Source: Bilabrum cf. latius (lineage: Eukaryota). Taken from it: DNA of 64,000 nucleotides. Under the pieces are notes generated by a model. It ran no database searches. It was not told the DNA's origin and saw nothing but the letters and a program-made list of their open reading frames with translations. The DNA is taken from assembly GCA_965178125.1 (NCBI GenBank), contig OZ237762.1, forward strand, positions 1 through 64,000, in the 5' to 3' direction. Shown here piece by piece: positions 36,601 to 50,602 of the stretch. How positions within the stretch are numbered: position 1 is the stretch's first letter; every line of letters starts with the position of its first letter. Both the position numbers and the translations under genes were made by a program.

Positions 36601-37456
36601 GGTGGCGCTGCGCTCTCCGCTGCAGGGACTGCTGGTTCGGCAGGGTCCCGCTCTGGACCACCGGGGGGCCGCTAGATTGCTGATTCGCGCCAGGGGCAGC
36701 GCAAAAGACGCCGAGCAGGCCGCAGACGAGGTGCGCACTGCAACGGCTTCTTCCTCCTCGAAGGCCATGCGGGCTGCGACTGCGGCGGCGGAGGCATCGG
36801 CAGGGGTGTCCGCTGGAACTTCTCGCGCCGCAGACGAGACCGAGAGGACAGACGAGGCATCAGCGGAGCTGGTGGATGACTTGAAGAAGCAGCTAGCAGG
36901 GGCGCGGGCCTTGCTTGAGTAGGTGCGGGCTGACAGCCGCGAGGAAGAGCGAAGAGCAAGAAGGGAAGATATAGGGGCGCTGTCGGGACCCATCGGTGCC
37001 ACGGTGACCACTGCGGGGACCATGGTGCGCGGTGCAGGAGACAGAGATGGCACGGTGCCGCGCGCTCACGTGACGCGTAAGGCCCTGGGGGAGGCCGGCA
37101 ACCAGGCGCTCCGGGCCTTCGCAGCGTTGACCGGATTGACTGCCGGCTCCGGCCCCGTAGGGGAAGGCAGTGCGGTGGAGGAGCAGTTGAGGCAGTCCGC
37201 ACTGGATGCTGCGCGGCAAGTGGGAAGCGGTAGGGGGCCCTTGGATGGGCCGGGGGCAGCCGGCATGCAGGCGCGCATGGGGCAGGCGTCACCAGCAGCC
37301 CGCACCTCCCCTGCCAGGCAGCGCGGGGTCGAGGCAGAGGCATTCGGCCGCGGCCGGCAGTGGGGCTAGGTGAGTCCCGCGCCTTCTGCCCCGCCTCGAC
37401 CAAGAGGGCCAGGGTCTCCAGGGAAGCGGCCTGCGGCAAACGGCGGGCAGCGTTGA
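33637..37456 (+). CDS. Large hypothetical low-complexity/coiled-coil protein (intron 33841-33973)
   Basis: GTAAG...CAG intron. Downstream ORFs 34121, 35024, 36428 and 36923 share one frame separated by TAGs and end at TGA 37454-37456. Confidence 0.7.
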
Positions 37457-37610
37457 TTGCCCCACGGTGGCGCGAGCTGTCTTCGAGTGAGTCATATTCC
37501 CGGAAGTTGGTCAAGTGCAAGTGTATATGAGATAGATTAAATTCAACGCTCTTCTCCAAGGGTTAGGATCGGTTTCAACCGCCAGCAACCGATCGAAAGA
37601 GGTCTGCCTA

Positions 37611-38765
37611 TCACGCCTCGCGCATTGGCACGGCCCCGCTTGTCCCCAGGTGAACCCTGCCGCCCTCCTCCCTGGCTATCCCCGCCTGCAGTAAGAAATC
37701 GATCGCGTCAACCCCGCCCTCTCCCATCATAGGGTTGCCCAGCAGCACATCCCGAGCCACGCCGGCCTCTTCACGGGCCAGGTGGCTCACTGCCGCGCCT
37801 GCAGCAGCGCCTGCTCGTGCGCAACACACCGACACGGCCGAGGCCAGTGCCTGTGCCGCCTGCGCCCGACCATCTCTCGCTGCCTCTAGCTCCTCCCGCG
37901 CCTCTGCGCGACCCTGCCTGCCCTACTGCAACTCATCCCCCCGCTCCACACGGGCAGCGGCCCCTGCTCCTGCCGCCCCCGTGGGGGACCGGTCCACCAC
38001 GGTCCGCAGGAGGGACACTCGGGCCCGCAGCCGTGCCACCCTCGTGCGCAGGTCCTCGAGACTCGCGGGGGGTGCCGTGCCTGCATGGGCCCCGCGAGAG
38101 GCAGGAGGAGCCGAGCCCTGGCTGGATGCACCGGGGGACAGCAGGCTGTCTGCGCCCGATCCTGGGGACATGGACGCGCTGCTCGGCAGACCGGCAGCCG
38201 GGGCATTGATTCCCTCGGGCCCCTGCCCCTGCTCGGCCCTCAGGTCAGCTGCCCGCTGCTGCAGCCCCTCGTGCTGCAGGCGGACCGACCGGAGCTCGGC
38301 TCGAAGCACACTGCCCGCGCGCTCGGCATCTGTAGCCTGTCTCCGGAGGCGTCGCAGCTCTCTGATTGCCGCAGCAGAAGCTCGCGGCATGGACCGGTCT
38401 TCTGAAGAGCGCTCTGCGGCAGTCTTCTATCGTATCTCATCGGCTCTCTGAAGGACTTCCTTTATGTGCTGCTCGATTCGGTCAGTCTCATCAGCGTCAG
38501 ACTTCTGCATTGCATTCAGCTTGGCAAGAGTCTGATCATGCTTCTCCTTTGCTGGCCCTAAGGCATCTGAAACTGCAGAGCGCATTTGCTCGCTCTGCCT
38601 GCGTCTCTTCGAAAGGATGCCAGCCTTTTTCTCCGCAAGCCCATCCACGCCGGCTGCCGCATGAGCCAGCAAGTCTGATGTCTCTTGTCTCGCAGCGTCC
38701 TCTCTCGCGGATTGCACTGCTTGCAAAACCTAGCTGGTCGTGACATTCAGAGATGGGTTTAGCAT
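37611..38765 (-). CDS. Hypothetical coiled-coil protein, about 384 aa
   Basis: ORFs 38427-38726, 37923-38390 and 37611-37835 join through TAGs, from ATG 38765 to TGA. Confidence 0.65.
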
Positions 38766-39164
38766 GGAGGAAACGACATACGACGCGGATGATCTCGAAG
38801 CTTTGGTCACCTGGGCTCCAATTCGATCAAGCTGCACAATTCGGATTAAAAGAAGCGAATCTAGAATATAAAGAGGTCCATCCACTGATTCTCGACTGCA
38901 CACATGTTGGTTGTTCTCACAGTCTCTAGTGAAGACATTAGGGCGGAGCATGCAACCTAATCGGACGCCATTGTATAACAAATAAATTGATCACTTCAGA
39001 GCAACGGTATATCTATTGGGCTACCCAATTAGATCCATCCGTTAGTTTGAATTTTTAAGCAGTGTTATTTTGTATATTTAATCAGATTGGCGCGCTGTGG
39101 TCGCAACAATCGGTCTCACCGGATTAGCGGATTGCAGTAATTATCGATCCCGCTCACGAACAGC

Positions 39165-40535
39165 ATGGCATCCGTCGCAGGCTCTGGTGCCGCTACAGGT
39201 GGAGCTAGCAGTGATGGTGTTGGAAAGAAGGCTTCTCGGAAAGGCTTGAGGGGCGCGCGCCGCCGCCTTTCTGTGGTCAGCGATAACAAACTTGTGGAGG
39301 GCGTGGCCTCTCTGGCAGAGGACAGCGGGCGCGATAAGGGCAAGGCAAAGCCAGCTGAACATATTGTCAAGACATATGCAGGCGTTTCTCGCAAAGGGTT
39401 TGCTCCGTACAACCCCAGAAAGAGGAATCAGGACAGCCTGATCATGCGAGAGCATGCACCGACCACGACCCTCTTCTTCGGCGTACTCGATGGGCATGGA
39501 GAGGCAGGAGACCTCGTGTCTGGATTCTTTGCGAAGCGTCTCCCCAAAAACATCTTTGCAAACCCGAAATTCGCCTCGGACCCAGGAAAGGCACTGGAGG
39601 ACGAGCAGGCTAAGCTCGAGCGAGAACTGCTAATGGGTGAGCTTTTCGTTGCGCTGCATGCATGCCTCATGTTCGCGTTATTGTATTCAGTGTAGGTTTG
39701 AATCGATGCCAATGGTTCCAGTGTTTCATTCCGGTACCACTGCTTTATATTAGCATGGATTTGCACGTTGGATCGCCTGGCTTGCTTTTTGCGCGGTTTG
39801 TTGCCGACGAGCCCTCGGCTGCAGCAGGTTTGGAATCTTTCCCATTTGCATGGTATACTTATTCTGTTTGAACCTGTGCCTACGCATAGCTTAGGACGAG
39901 CCATTTTTCTGCGTGACAGCTCCAGCTTCACAAACTGCAACCCACGTTTCACCTTTTTCGCAGATGCCTCCATCGACACTGACTTCAGCGGGACGACGTC
40001 TGTGCTCGCAACGATCAGGGGTAAGAAACTCACTGTTGCTAATGTGGGCGATTCAAGGATCATTGTGGGCCGACTCGACAAGTCTGGCAAGATGAAGGCG
40101 GTGGAGGTCAGCGACGACCACAAGCCGGACCGCCCTGACGAGCAGAAGAGAATCGAGGCCAAGGGCGGCCGCGTATTCGCAGTGGAGTACGAGGACGGCG
40201 TGGACGGCCCCCCTCGCGTGTGGCTGGGTAACATGGACATCCCCGGCCTGGCGATGGCCCGCTCCCTCGGCGACGTGGTGGCGCACTCGGCAGGCGTGAT
40301 CAGCACCCCGGAGCACCACGAGCACGACCTGACCCCTGAGGACAAGATCATCGTGATGGGCAGCGATGGGCTGTGGGAGTTCATGAGCAACCAGGAGGTC
40401 ATCGACATGATCGTGGGCTCGGGCATGAAGGACCCCTCGGACGCGGTGGACATCTTGGCCGAGGAGAGCGCCGCTCGCTGGATGAGGGAGGAGGAGGTCA
40501 TCGACGACACCACCATCATCGTGGCCTACATGTGA
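39165..40535 (+). CDS. Protein phosphatase 2C (PPM family), intron 39637-39963
   Basis: Motifs NQDS, FFGVLDGHG, SGTT, VANVGDSR, DHKPD, GLAMARSLGD, SDGLWE and DDTT; GTGAG...CAG intron. Confidence 0.95.
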
Positions 40536-40803
40536 GTGGGAGGAGAGCAAAGCAGTTGGAAGGCCTAGCGCCTCCACCGCCGTCAGTCGCGAGGACTCAC
40601 GGCGGCGGAAGGGTTGGGAGGAGGGAGGCACGGGATCGACTGCCACCGGCCCGGTGGTAGTGAGGGACTGTGCTGCCCGCTTGGATGACTTGGAACCGGG
40701 CTGGATGCTTGGGTTGATTGATTGACGCTTACGTATAGGGTTAGCATTGCGCATATCACGGAAACAGCGTTCAACATGTCCATGGTGCACCAAGGCCACC
40801 GGA

Positions 40804-43374
40804 TCACCGACGGGCTCCGCTCCGGCTGCCAGCTCTGCCCGCCCCTGCTCTCGCCCCCGAGCCTCCTGCGTCCACCCGGGCAGCTCCCCGGCGCTTGGCA
40901 GACCCCGCCCTTGCCGCCGCTCCTCCCCCAGCCTTGGTCCCTCGAGCCCCGGTCCTTGCAGCTGAACCGCCCCGCCCACCCTAGGTGGTAGGTGGCCGTC
41001 TACTGCCTCCCGCCCCCGAGGCGCCGCCCCCCGCACCGCCGCCGCCCCTCTTGCCCTGCTTCTAGCCCTGGTCAGCCATCAGCTGAGCCATGTCTCTCGC
41101 GCGCTACGTCGCCTCCTGCACCCGCCTGTCGCGCGAGCCATAGGCCACGGAATACGCGTCAGCAGCTCGGTTGAAGAACTTGCCGGCAGCCTTCCAGTCG
41201 CCCCGCCTCCGCTCCAGCGTGCCCAGCTGATAGAGAGTGTCGGCCGCCTCGCCCCCTCCTTCGCCTCCCTTCTTTGCCCCCGCCTCGCTGTTCGCGGCCG
41301 CCCTCCGCTCGTACACCCGCAGCGCGTCCAGGTAGGCAGAGGCAGCCAGGTCGAACTTGCCCTGCCTACGCCGCAGTCCCCCCAGGTTGTAAAGCGCTGT
41401 GGCGGTGCTGATATCGTCCTTGCCCATGCTCAGCCGGAGGGCCTCCACGGCATCAGCCGCGTTCTGCTCGGCCAGGTCAAACTTGCCCTGCTCCCGCTGC
41501 ACCGCCGCCAGGTCGGTCAGAGCGCACGCGGTGCTGGCGTGCGACGGGCCCAGGTAGCGCCTGCACTGCCGCACCGCGTCATTGTACCTGGACTCGGAGG
41601 CGGAGAACTGCTGCTGCAGGGCCAGCACGCGGCCCAGGTCCCGCAGAGCCGCAGCCACCTCGGCCCCCTCCCCCTCGTTGCCCCGCTCCCTGCTCCTCTC
41701 CTGCCGGGCCCTCAGCACGGCCTCGTACTGCCTCTATGCGTCAGTGTATCTTCCCGCCTTCTCGAGCAGCTGGGCCTCGCGGAAGAAGGGCGCCCACGTC
41801 GATTCCTCGTCGTCCTCATCCTCACTCTCCTCCGCAGCATCCCCCGCTGGACCTGCACCGGCCCCGGACCTGCCCCCGACACCCACACCCCCAGTACCGG
41901 TGCCACCGCCACCGCTCATGGAGGAGTCCTCCGCCGACTTGCCGTCCTGTCCGAGCCTCGATACGCCGGATCGTCCCGCGGCACTGGCTTGCTCAGCGGC
42001 AAGCATTTCTCCCAGCCGCTTAATATCCGCCCGCGCCGCCTCCAGCTCCCTCTCGGCTGCCTGCGCCCTAGCCCGCAAGCCAGCCGCCTTGGCCTCCGCT
42101 GCATCTGTCGCCTCCTGCGCGGCTCTCCGCTGCTGCTTCTCCTTCTCGACATCCTCCTCCACCCCTTTCAGCTTGCTGCGGAGCTCCTCCACTTCGGCAC
42201 GCAACCGACCCACCTGTCTGCTCTGCGCCTCGCGCTCGGCTCGCAGGGCCGCGAGCTCCACCGCAGGGTCACGCGCCTGTCCCCCTGCGCCCCTCTCACC
42301 CCCGGCCCCCGCAGACTCACCTTCAGAGCCCTTGCCGCCCGACTTACCGCCGTCTCCAGCGCTCCCCTCGGTTCCATCCCCGTCACCCTCCCGCTGCCTC
42401 AGCCGGGACTCGGCCACCGAGGCGCGCGCCCGCTCGCGGTCCGTCTCCGCCTCGGCGGCATGCGCCCGCTCCCGGGCCGCATCTGCCTCCAGCCGGACAC
42501 GACGAAGCTGGGACCGAAGCTCATCAAGTTCTTCTGCTGCGCGTCTCGCCGCTCGATCCCGCCTCGCGTCTGCCTCTGCAGCGCCCCCGGCGTCCAGCGG
42601 AGAGGCCCCGGCGGATCCCGGCAGGGCGCCGCCGCGGCCGGCCAATTGATCGGCGAGTCGCCGGCACTCCGCGCGCAGGAAGCTCCTTTGTCTCTAAAGG
42701 GACACGATGGAGTCTGCAACGTGCTGCGCCGTTGATACTTCCGTTAGCATCCCTGGCTCACCTGGAATCGGGCCTGGCTGGCTGGCCTTGACAGGTGTTG
42801 CCGCTGCTGCGCTATCAGGTCCGCTTTTTCCTTTGTCATCTCCAGCTGAGTTTGCCCCGTCCGATTCAGCCGCAGGTTTCATAAGACCAATGCAAGTGTC
42901 TAGAAACCTCTTGGCTGCAAAGGACCGCTACATCATCTTGTCGTACGCGGCTGCGCTTAGTACCGACACCCACCTCCTCTTTTGCTCTTCTTTCTCGCAC
43001 GCAAACGTTATTTTGCGCCCGCTTCTTGTTGTAAGACATATGGCAAACTCTTTCCCGGCGGCGGATGGATTTGAATCGATTTGGCATCCATCCAGCAACA
43101 CAACTTTACGCACCGTGGTGTCCTGCGATAAAGGATTGGAAGATACTCAAAAGCCTTAGTTTCTACAATACGTCGCTAACACAAAAAGCTTGCCGATAAC
43201 TGCAATACACACCTTGGGTGTAACGTATGTATATAAGAAATTCCCTTCGCATACGCACCATCGCTGGTGCCATCCACCGATCCAGCTTCCCGCAAGACGC
43301 TTGTTCAGCCAGCCAGAGTGACGGGCAGAAGGATGATCTGCAGCTCTACGGTCGAGCTCTGGGCAAGACGCCAT
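40804..43374 (-). CDS. PH-domain, coiled-coil and TPR-repeat protein (one intron, about 43124-43212)
   Basis: PH motifs HSGWLNKR...WHQRWCVC and FACEKEEQKRRWVSVL; kinesin-light-chain-like TPRs (LGPSHASTACALTDLA...QGKFDLAE). Fragments join through TAGs and end at TGA 40804. Confidence 0.8.
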
Positions 43375-43456
43375 GGAGCCAAATGGTCTGTTGGTCTTGC
43401 AGCAACGACTCGAAATTAATACGGAGTTTTGGTTCATTTCGCACGTTACCATCTTT

Positions 43457-45600
43457 TCAGCTTGGCGCACGCGGGCGTGGGGTCCTTGGAGATCCGAGTA
43501 CTGGGAGTACATTTTGACAGATGGATGGTCCCTCTGGTACTCCCTCGTCTCTTGGCGTCTTGCCTGGTCCCGTCACCATGCCATCCTCCGAATCGTTGCA
43601 CATTCGGCCGTCAAGCGTGACCGTTTGCGTGCCTTGCTGGAGGACTGCTTGACCACCGCTCGTTTGTGTTCCTTGCTGGACCACCACTTGGCCATGGACG
43701 TCATGATCGCTGCAGGCCGCCGCAGCAGCAACGTGCAGCTGGGCCTGCTCCATGCGCCTGCGCCACACCAGGCGCCCCATCCCCCTCGCCACTGCAGCCA
43801 GCAGAAGCACCCCACGGGTCCCACGAACTAGGTCCGGAAATGCTTTAGCAAGCAGCCCCAGCAAAAGGTTTACTCCGCTCTAGCGCAGCTCTTCTGCGTC
43901 CTCCACAGCAGTTAGACCCCCGCTGGCAGCAGCCCTGGATCGAGCCATCATGGCCGGCTGCACGCTCACATCGCCCGGATGCACCGGGTAGCCTGATGGT
44001 GGCGCCCTGGTCTTGCATTGGGGCCGCACGTGCACGGTGTAGTCACCAGTGGCCTAATCCTGGCGGGCAGCCTCTTGGTCAAACACGTCGTGGGGCAGCA
44101 GAGACGACATGGCCCCGTCGTCTGCCGGCAACAGAAACGACTTAGTTGCAGTGTCTGCGGGCGGATTTGATTTCATCAATGTGCCATTCCCAGGCTCGAC
44201 GTTAACGACGTTCGTGCAATTATACGCCGGGGCAGGTTGAGCCACATCCTTGTTCTATCGCCTCTGTCGCTGGGCAGCTCGAGGTCTGGGAGAACCAGCC
44301 AGCGGGTGGTTGCTGCGTGTCTGCAAGCAACCGAATGCTGAGGGGCTGCTCTGGCTGGATCCCATCGAATCAAGCGGAGGCAGGCGCCGGGTGGATTCAA
44401 ACGGACCTGATGCAGATGCAGACGTAGAACTGGCAAGTCCGGCGCCCGCTCCCGACTTCTGCGGGTTCGCCGAGTAGACAGGTGGATGCAGACCCGACCA
44501 ACTTCCGTCGGAGTACACCAGCTGGCTGCTAGCCTCCTCCAACAGAATGCTTGAAGTATCATGCAGCTCATCGGCTTTAGGTGGATGCTTCGTCTCGCTG
44601 TCCCCTGCCAGTGGCAATGGCAACGTGTTTGGGGCACTGGCTGTCTTCGATCTGGTCTTCGCGCTCCCTGGTAGTGGCGACACCAGCCGGGATGCACGGT
44701 GGCTTCTTCTCCCCATCCCAGCCGCCTGCTGTAAACTGGCATGTGATCGTTTCAAGTGCCTCAACTCCCCCTGCAGGAACTTTACCTACTGCTTGAGCTG
44801 TTTTTGGGCTGCCAAAGACTCCAGTCGGCCGTGCCTCTCCCGTGCTGCTAGCTCGTGCTCTCGGGTAGCACGCCTGACTGCCTCTGCAGCTGCTGCATCC
44901 AGCTGACTAACCCTATCACGCATGGATTGCATCTCTGCTTTGATCTTCATGGCCTTTCGCGCCACCCGGGCCGCCTGCTGTCTCTCCTGCTCCACCTCTA
45001 GCTGCTGCCTCGACTGCTGCTGCACCCGCAGCCCAAGTACGGAGGCACGCTACTTGGTCTCGTGCAGCCGAGCCTGCAGGCGGGATATCGTGGCATGTTG
45101 CTCCTGGTTCCTAAGCTGCTAGCCCCGTCTGGCGCTGGTAGCCTCATCCAGGGCCGATTCAAGCGCGTGGCAGCGGTCGACTGCTTCTAGCCTGCGCTCC
45201 GTCTCGAGGCGCAGCTGGTCGCGCAACGCTTCCAAATCCGGCTGAGGAGCTGTACCGGCCGGTTCAACTGCACACTCGTTTGAATGTGCCAGGGAAAGCT
45301 TGCGACTATGCGCTATGTTGTGGTCTATTCGATCCACTGCCACCGCTGTGGCAGGCTGTTGTTGTGGCTCTGGTGCTTGTCGTCTTGCGAGCGCTTCAAG
45401 CATGTCAACTCTGGATCGCAGCTCCACATTGACAGCGACCTGCTTCTACAGCTCTGCGTGCGACGCGGCTACTCGCGCTTCAGCTAATCGAGTTCTCTTC
45501 CTGAACGTTTCGATTGAGTCGGCCACTGGCCACGCTGCCGGCTATATCTGACCTGGTGGATTTCTAAGTCTAGATGCCTCAAGCTGCTCGGTCACATCCT
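43457..45600 (-). CDS. Hypothetical coiled-coil protein; 5' exon(s) not resolved
   Basis: ORFs 45119, 44786, 44255, 44054 and 43457 share one frame separated by TAGs and end at TGA 43457. Confidence 0.6.
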
Positions 45601-45948
45601 TAAGCTTTTCCTACAAAACAGCACATTTAACCTCATAGTCCATCTGCAAAGCTGCGATTTGCCGGAGCTGAGCGAGAGAATGGTGAACGGAACACTGCAA
45701 AACCGGAAATAGGACCACAGTAACGCAGACAGCGGCGTTGGGCAACCTAGCCGGAAGTATGGCCCGTAGAGCCTGCACAAATGCAAGACATTGAAAGATT
45801 CATTGCATCTGCAACATCTGTCGCGTCCACTCTTGTGTAGCATCCGCTCCAATTTCCAATTGATGAGTGCGGCGAACCTCCGATCGGCAATCGGCTACAT
45901 CGGTGCTGGCTCCATTCGGCTATACACGCGAAAAAAGCGGCAGTAAAG

Positions 45949-47532
45949 TTGATTCGCTTGCTTCAACACGCATCGAGCACCTCAGCAGAGGACGCAGGCG
46001 GCTTCACTTTGCCAGGGCTCGCCCCTGCAGCCGGTGGTGCCCATGCAGTTGCGTGGGGAGCGCTGCTGTGGCCTGATTTGCGAGGTTGGACCCCGCTGCA
46101 TGCTGCCGCTGCAAGGGGTGACATTTACATGTGCAAGGTATTGCAGCTACTGGAGCCGGAGGAGCTTCACGAGCTGGCAGCGCGTGTCATAGGAGATGCT
46201 CGTCTGTCGGAGCTGCGGCGGCAGCAGGGCATGACGCAGTGCCTGCTCGGGTGCACGCCACTGCACCTAGCCATCATCGGAGGCCGCCCTGCTATCGCTC
46301 GGCTGCTTGCGGCATCGTGCCCAGGCGCCGGGTGGGCTCTGGATGCGAGCGGGTGCACGCCCTTGGATGCCGGCCGCAGGGAGCGGCAGAGGCTGGGGCG
46401 GCAGTTGGGGGACTGTGCGGGTCGGTGGGGGCATGGGCTGGATGGGGATGCTTGTTCCCCGAGAGAAACAGAAACAGAATCCAAACCAGACGCAAGCAGA
46501 GCACTCGCTGATGGAGCAGCCGTTAGCGGGGCACTGGCAAACCCGCGCGTGCGCTCCGGGGTTGCTGCTGACCTATCCGTCGAAGACAGGGAGCGAGAGA
46601 CTCTGTGGGAGCAGGCTAGCAGCGTGAGGATGGCAATGGATGCCGCGGAGCTGGCAGGTGGTATTGCCCGTGCAAGGAGACCGGTTGGATCGAGCTGTGC
46701 ACTGGGCGATCCAACGCAGGCTGTGTCAGGTGAATCTTCTGCTGCCACTGCCACCCCGAGGAAGGGGCCTGCGAGCGCTGCCAGGGACTATCCGCTCATG
46801 TCCAGCGAATACGCGAGAGCGGCCCCGTATGCATGGAGCAGGGTGACTGGAGATGCCCGAGGGATGGTCACCAGGGGTGAGTCCCCGGCTCTGCCTCCTT
46901 GCGTGGTGTGCGCCTCTCGCCCCTCGGAGCTGGTGATGGCGCCCTGCGAGCACGTGTGCGTGTGCCGGGCGTGTGTGCTCAAGCACGGGATTGCGGCTAG
47001 GGGCAGTGGAAGGGGCGGGGCCAGAAGCAAGCGGGAACACGATGCCTCGGGCGCAGGCAGGGGCAGAGCGAGGGCCAAGTCTGCGCCCCGGGTGTGCCAG
47101 AGGGGCAGGGCGCCGCTCGTGCCTGTGCCTCTGGTGCCACCCTTGCGCCGTGGGGGATTTACAGCATTGAGGGCACGAGTGGGTCACCAAGTATACAGGG
47201 CGCGTGGTGCTGCACGTCTGCCAGCGCCCTAGTCGCCGGGGAGCTGTCATGCAAGTGGCGGGACGAGCGCCGCGGGTGCCAGTGCCGGAGCGAAGGAAGC
47301 GGCGCTTGGTGTCGGGCAAAAGCAAGCGCGACTAGGCTCCAAGTCTTGGTCGAAGTGTCCCGTGTGCTTGCAAGAATTAGAAGGCATGCACAGTGCGGTC
47401 GCCCGTTTGCAGCGTGAGCTGAGGCGCCCAGCAGCTGAATCATCCGAGGGTCGTGCGGAGCAGCTGGCGGGTCTCGCACCGCAGATCGTTCTGGGCATGC
47501 GTCTGGCTGGAGACCGGCTAGTACGGACCTAA
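45949..47532 (+). CDS. Ankyrin-repeat plus C3HC4 RING protein (putative E3 ligase); start uncertain
   Basis: Ankyrins GWTPLHAAA and GCTPLHLAI. The RING CVVC...PCEHVCVCRAC is completed by CPVC only after reading through TAG 47230. Ends at TAA 47530-47532. Confidence 0.78.
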
Positions 47533-47705
47533 GTCATGCATTGGAACTTATGCAATGGGCATGTACAAGTAGCGAGGTATTGTTTGCCAACTTCCATACG
47601 CATCCAATCCTTGCGACCATTCATTGTTTAAAGATGAAGATACATACATAGCTCATCTCGTGATTCCGCAAATCAAAATAGTAGCCCCCTCTATCCTTTC
47701 TATTG

Positions 47706-50602
47706 ATGCAGAGATCAAGTATTGTTTATTTTGCTTCATGGATTGCTGTGCTGTTCAGTTTTGCGGAGGGCTCACGCCTTCGAGCAGGGAAACGAGAGCT
47801 GACTGAAGTGAATGCAACTCTGCTTGAAATTAGGCTTAGCAGAATTGAAGAAACGCTAAAGGCCAGCGCAATAGCAGCAGATGGCGCTTTTCTGTTAAGT
47901 AACGCGCTCGTGATTCTGACTATGCAGGTGAGTCAGCATGAACACAGGCAGACGGTCCCTAACGAACAAATTCCACTCCGCTGCGGTATGCCTCTGCGTT
48001 CTACCTGCCGCAGGCCGGTTTTGCGATGCTCGAAGCAGGAGCTGTCGTATCTAGCTCTGCTATTAGCATGTGAGTGTTGCGTGGCCGGTCCTATTTGTGC
48101 GTCACGCTGTGGGGGGCACGCTGGTTTCGAGTCGTGGCACCATTCCAGTTCACGGGCTGTTGTGCTCCCATTTGCTATTTCTCCAGGCTTGCTTTGTGCA
48201 AACTTTGTCCGTAGTATGACAAAAAATTTGCTCGACTTGTGCATCGGGGCCGTGGCATTCTGGTGCATCGGGTATGGCATCGCGTTCGGAGAGGGCCCCA
48301 ACGGCAGCTAGAATGCGGTCATAGGCGAGGGCGACTATTTGCTGATGAACTCGGCAAGCAAGGGACATCTAATACACTGGATATGGTCCTGGAGCTTTGC
48401 AGCTACGGCAACCACGATCCTCAGTGGTGCCCTCGCCGGCCGTATCATGGTGCGGTCCTACTCGGTTGTCTCCTTTTTGATGGTCGGCCTCGTATACCCG
48501 CTGGCTGCACACGCGCTGTGGGCCGGGCAGGGCTGGCTGTACAAGCTAGGCGCCATTGATTTCGCGGGTTCAGGTGAGGTGCCACTGCGGTGCATGAAGC
48601 CCCCAGTCTCCCTCCACTGCCTCCTGATACAGCGACCATTACCCTGATCCCACCTCCCCCTTCCTTCTCCTTCTCAGCTGCGATCCACACTCTGGGAGGA
48701 GCTGCTGGTCTTTGTGGCACGTGGTATCTAGGCCCCCGTGCAGGAGTCTTCAGCCGCTCGGGTCGGTATTTTCCCACTAGGTCCAGCCCCTTGAACACGA
48801 TATTCGGGGCCATTCTGCTGGTCATCGCCTGGATCGCGTTCGACGCCTCCTCGGTGGGCAGCCTGGAGGGGAACAACATCGTGACCGCGGGACTGGCTGG
48901 CACCAACACGGCAATCTCGGCAGGGATCGGGTGCATCGTCTCGATTTCCTACTCGATCGCCATCCACCCCGAGTTCGTGGACACGATGGACCTGGTGACT
49001 GGCACCATCTCGGCTCTCGTGGCTGTGACTGCCCCCTGCGCCAGCATCCAGCCTTGGGAGGCAGGCATCATCGGGCTGCTCGGGTCCATGGCTGGCATCC
49101 TGTCGCAGGGCATCTTCATCTACTTCCGGATCGACGACCCCGTGGCTGCGCTGCCCTGCCACTTGGTGAACGGGCTCACAGGAACAATCTTCGTGGGGCT
49201 GTTCGCCAATGACCCGAGCAAGGAAGGTAACGAGTACATATTCGGGACGGATTTTTCCACACCGGGGCTGTTCCACGGGGGCGGATTCCGGCAGCTGGGT
49301 GTGCAGCTTCTGGCGGCACTCTACATGCTATTGCTGGGCCTGGGCAGTGGGTACGCGATCTTGTACACCGTGGGGCTATGCATGACGGTCCGCGTCACAG
49401 AGGAGGAGGAGAAGAGGGGGCTGGACGAGGTGGAGCACAACGCTATCCTGGTGCGCATCACAACCACCGAGCCCATGGGCCCCGAGACTCTCGAGGAGAA
49501 GAAGAGCTTCCGCAGGAGGAAGTCCTCCCGCATGATTGTTCCTCAGGACACGGGGGGCTCCATGCCCGGCACCGGCCTCACCATGGGGGGTGAGCTGGAC
49601 GATGTCGCGCTGGTGACCATCGTGGAGAGGGCTAGCCATGCGGCGAGAAAGACGGCCATGGCCATGGGCGGGGGTAGCGTGGGATCGACGGGCACAGACG
49701 GGCCCGTGGAGGCCTGGACAGAGTCCACCATGTCACAGAGTGCCGGTGGGAGCAAAAGGGGCCACGGAGCCTCTGGCTCGCGCCGGCGCTAGGGCGATCA
49801 GCCTCAGGGGGTGCAGGTGCTGCGGGATGCCCCTCTCGAGCTGGACTCCGCGCACGGTTCCCAGGGCGAGGGCAGTGCGGATGTGAGCGGCAGCAGCGGG
49901 TAGGGGATCTTGAGCAGGAGCGTGGGGCCGCATGGGCTGGGCGGGGAGGTCCCGGAGCCACGGGGCGGGGCCTCATCCACCACTTCTGGCCCTCTGCTGC
50001 AGCAGGAGACGCTTGCCGATGCACCGGGTGGACACACCCACCGAAGTGGGCACAGCAGTCAAAGCAGTGGCCCCAATGGTAGCATGTACATGGCAGGGAG
50101 GTCTATCGCGGCACCCGATGCAGATGCCATGCAGGCCTACGTGGCGCAAGTGGTGCGAGGCACCCTGACTGAGCTCTTCAAGCGGCGGGGGCCCGGGTCT
50201 GGCAGGAGGGGTTCGTTCGTGGGGGGCTAGGACGTGGCGGCGGCACCGTCTGGCAAGCACGGGCGGCGGAGCTCTCAGTCTCGAATCAAGCGGTCCAACA
50301 CCGGCGCTTCGTCCGGTGGTTCTACCGGAGGCAGGGGTCGCGGTCGGCGTGCCTCTTTGGTCAAGCACCGGTCGGAGCGGGCGTACTTTACGCAGCAGGA
50401 AATCGACGATGTGCTGCGGGAGAGGAAGGACGAGTTCGTGTACGGACTGCAGGGGTAGGAGGACGACGAGGTCTTGGATGAGGAGGAAGGGGCCGAGGGG
50501 CAGCAGAAGGGCGCAGAGAAGGACCAAGGCCAAGGGGGAGCTGGAGCAGGGAGCGGCGATGGGGGGGCGGGGACGAGCGGAGCAGACCCGGCGACGACTT
50601 GA
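47706..50602 (+). CDS. AMT: Ammonium transporter (Amt/Mep family), 3 introns, long C-terminal tail
   Basis: Spliced motifs MQ|AGFAMLEAG, KNLLD...FWCIGYGIAFG, FAATATTILSGALAGR, AIDFAGSG...IHTLGG and IDDPVAALPCHLVNG. The tail reads through TAGs to TGA 50600-50602. Confidence 0.92.

Noticed and set aside
45863-45950. Possible programmed frameshift at the A6 run joining ATG 45863 to the ankyrin-RING frame
   Set aside because: One extra A would fuse the frames, but a homopolymer sequencing error or an unrecognised intron or start is more parsimonious. This cannot be resolved without reads.
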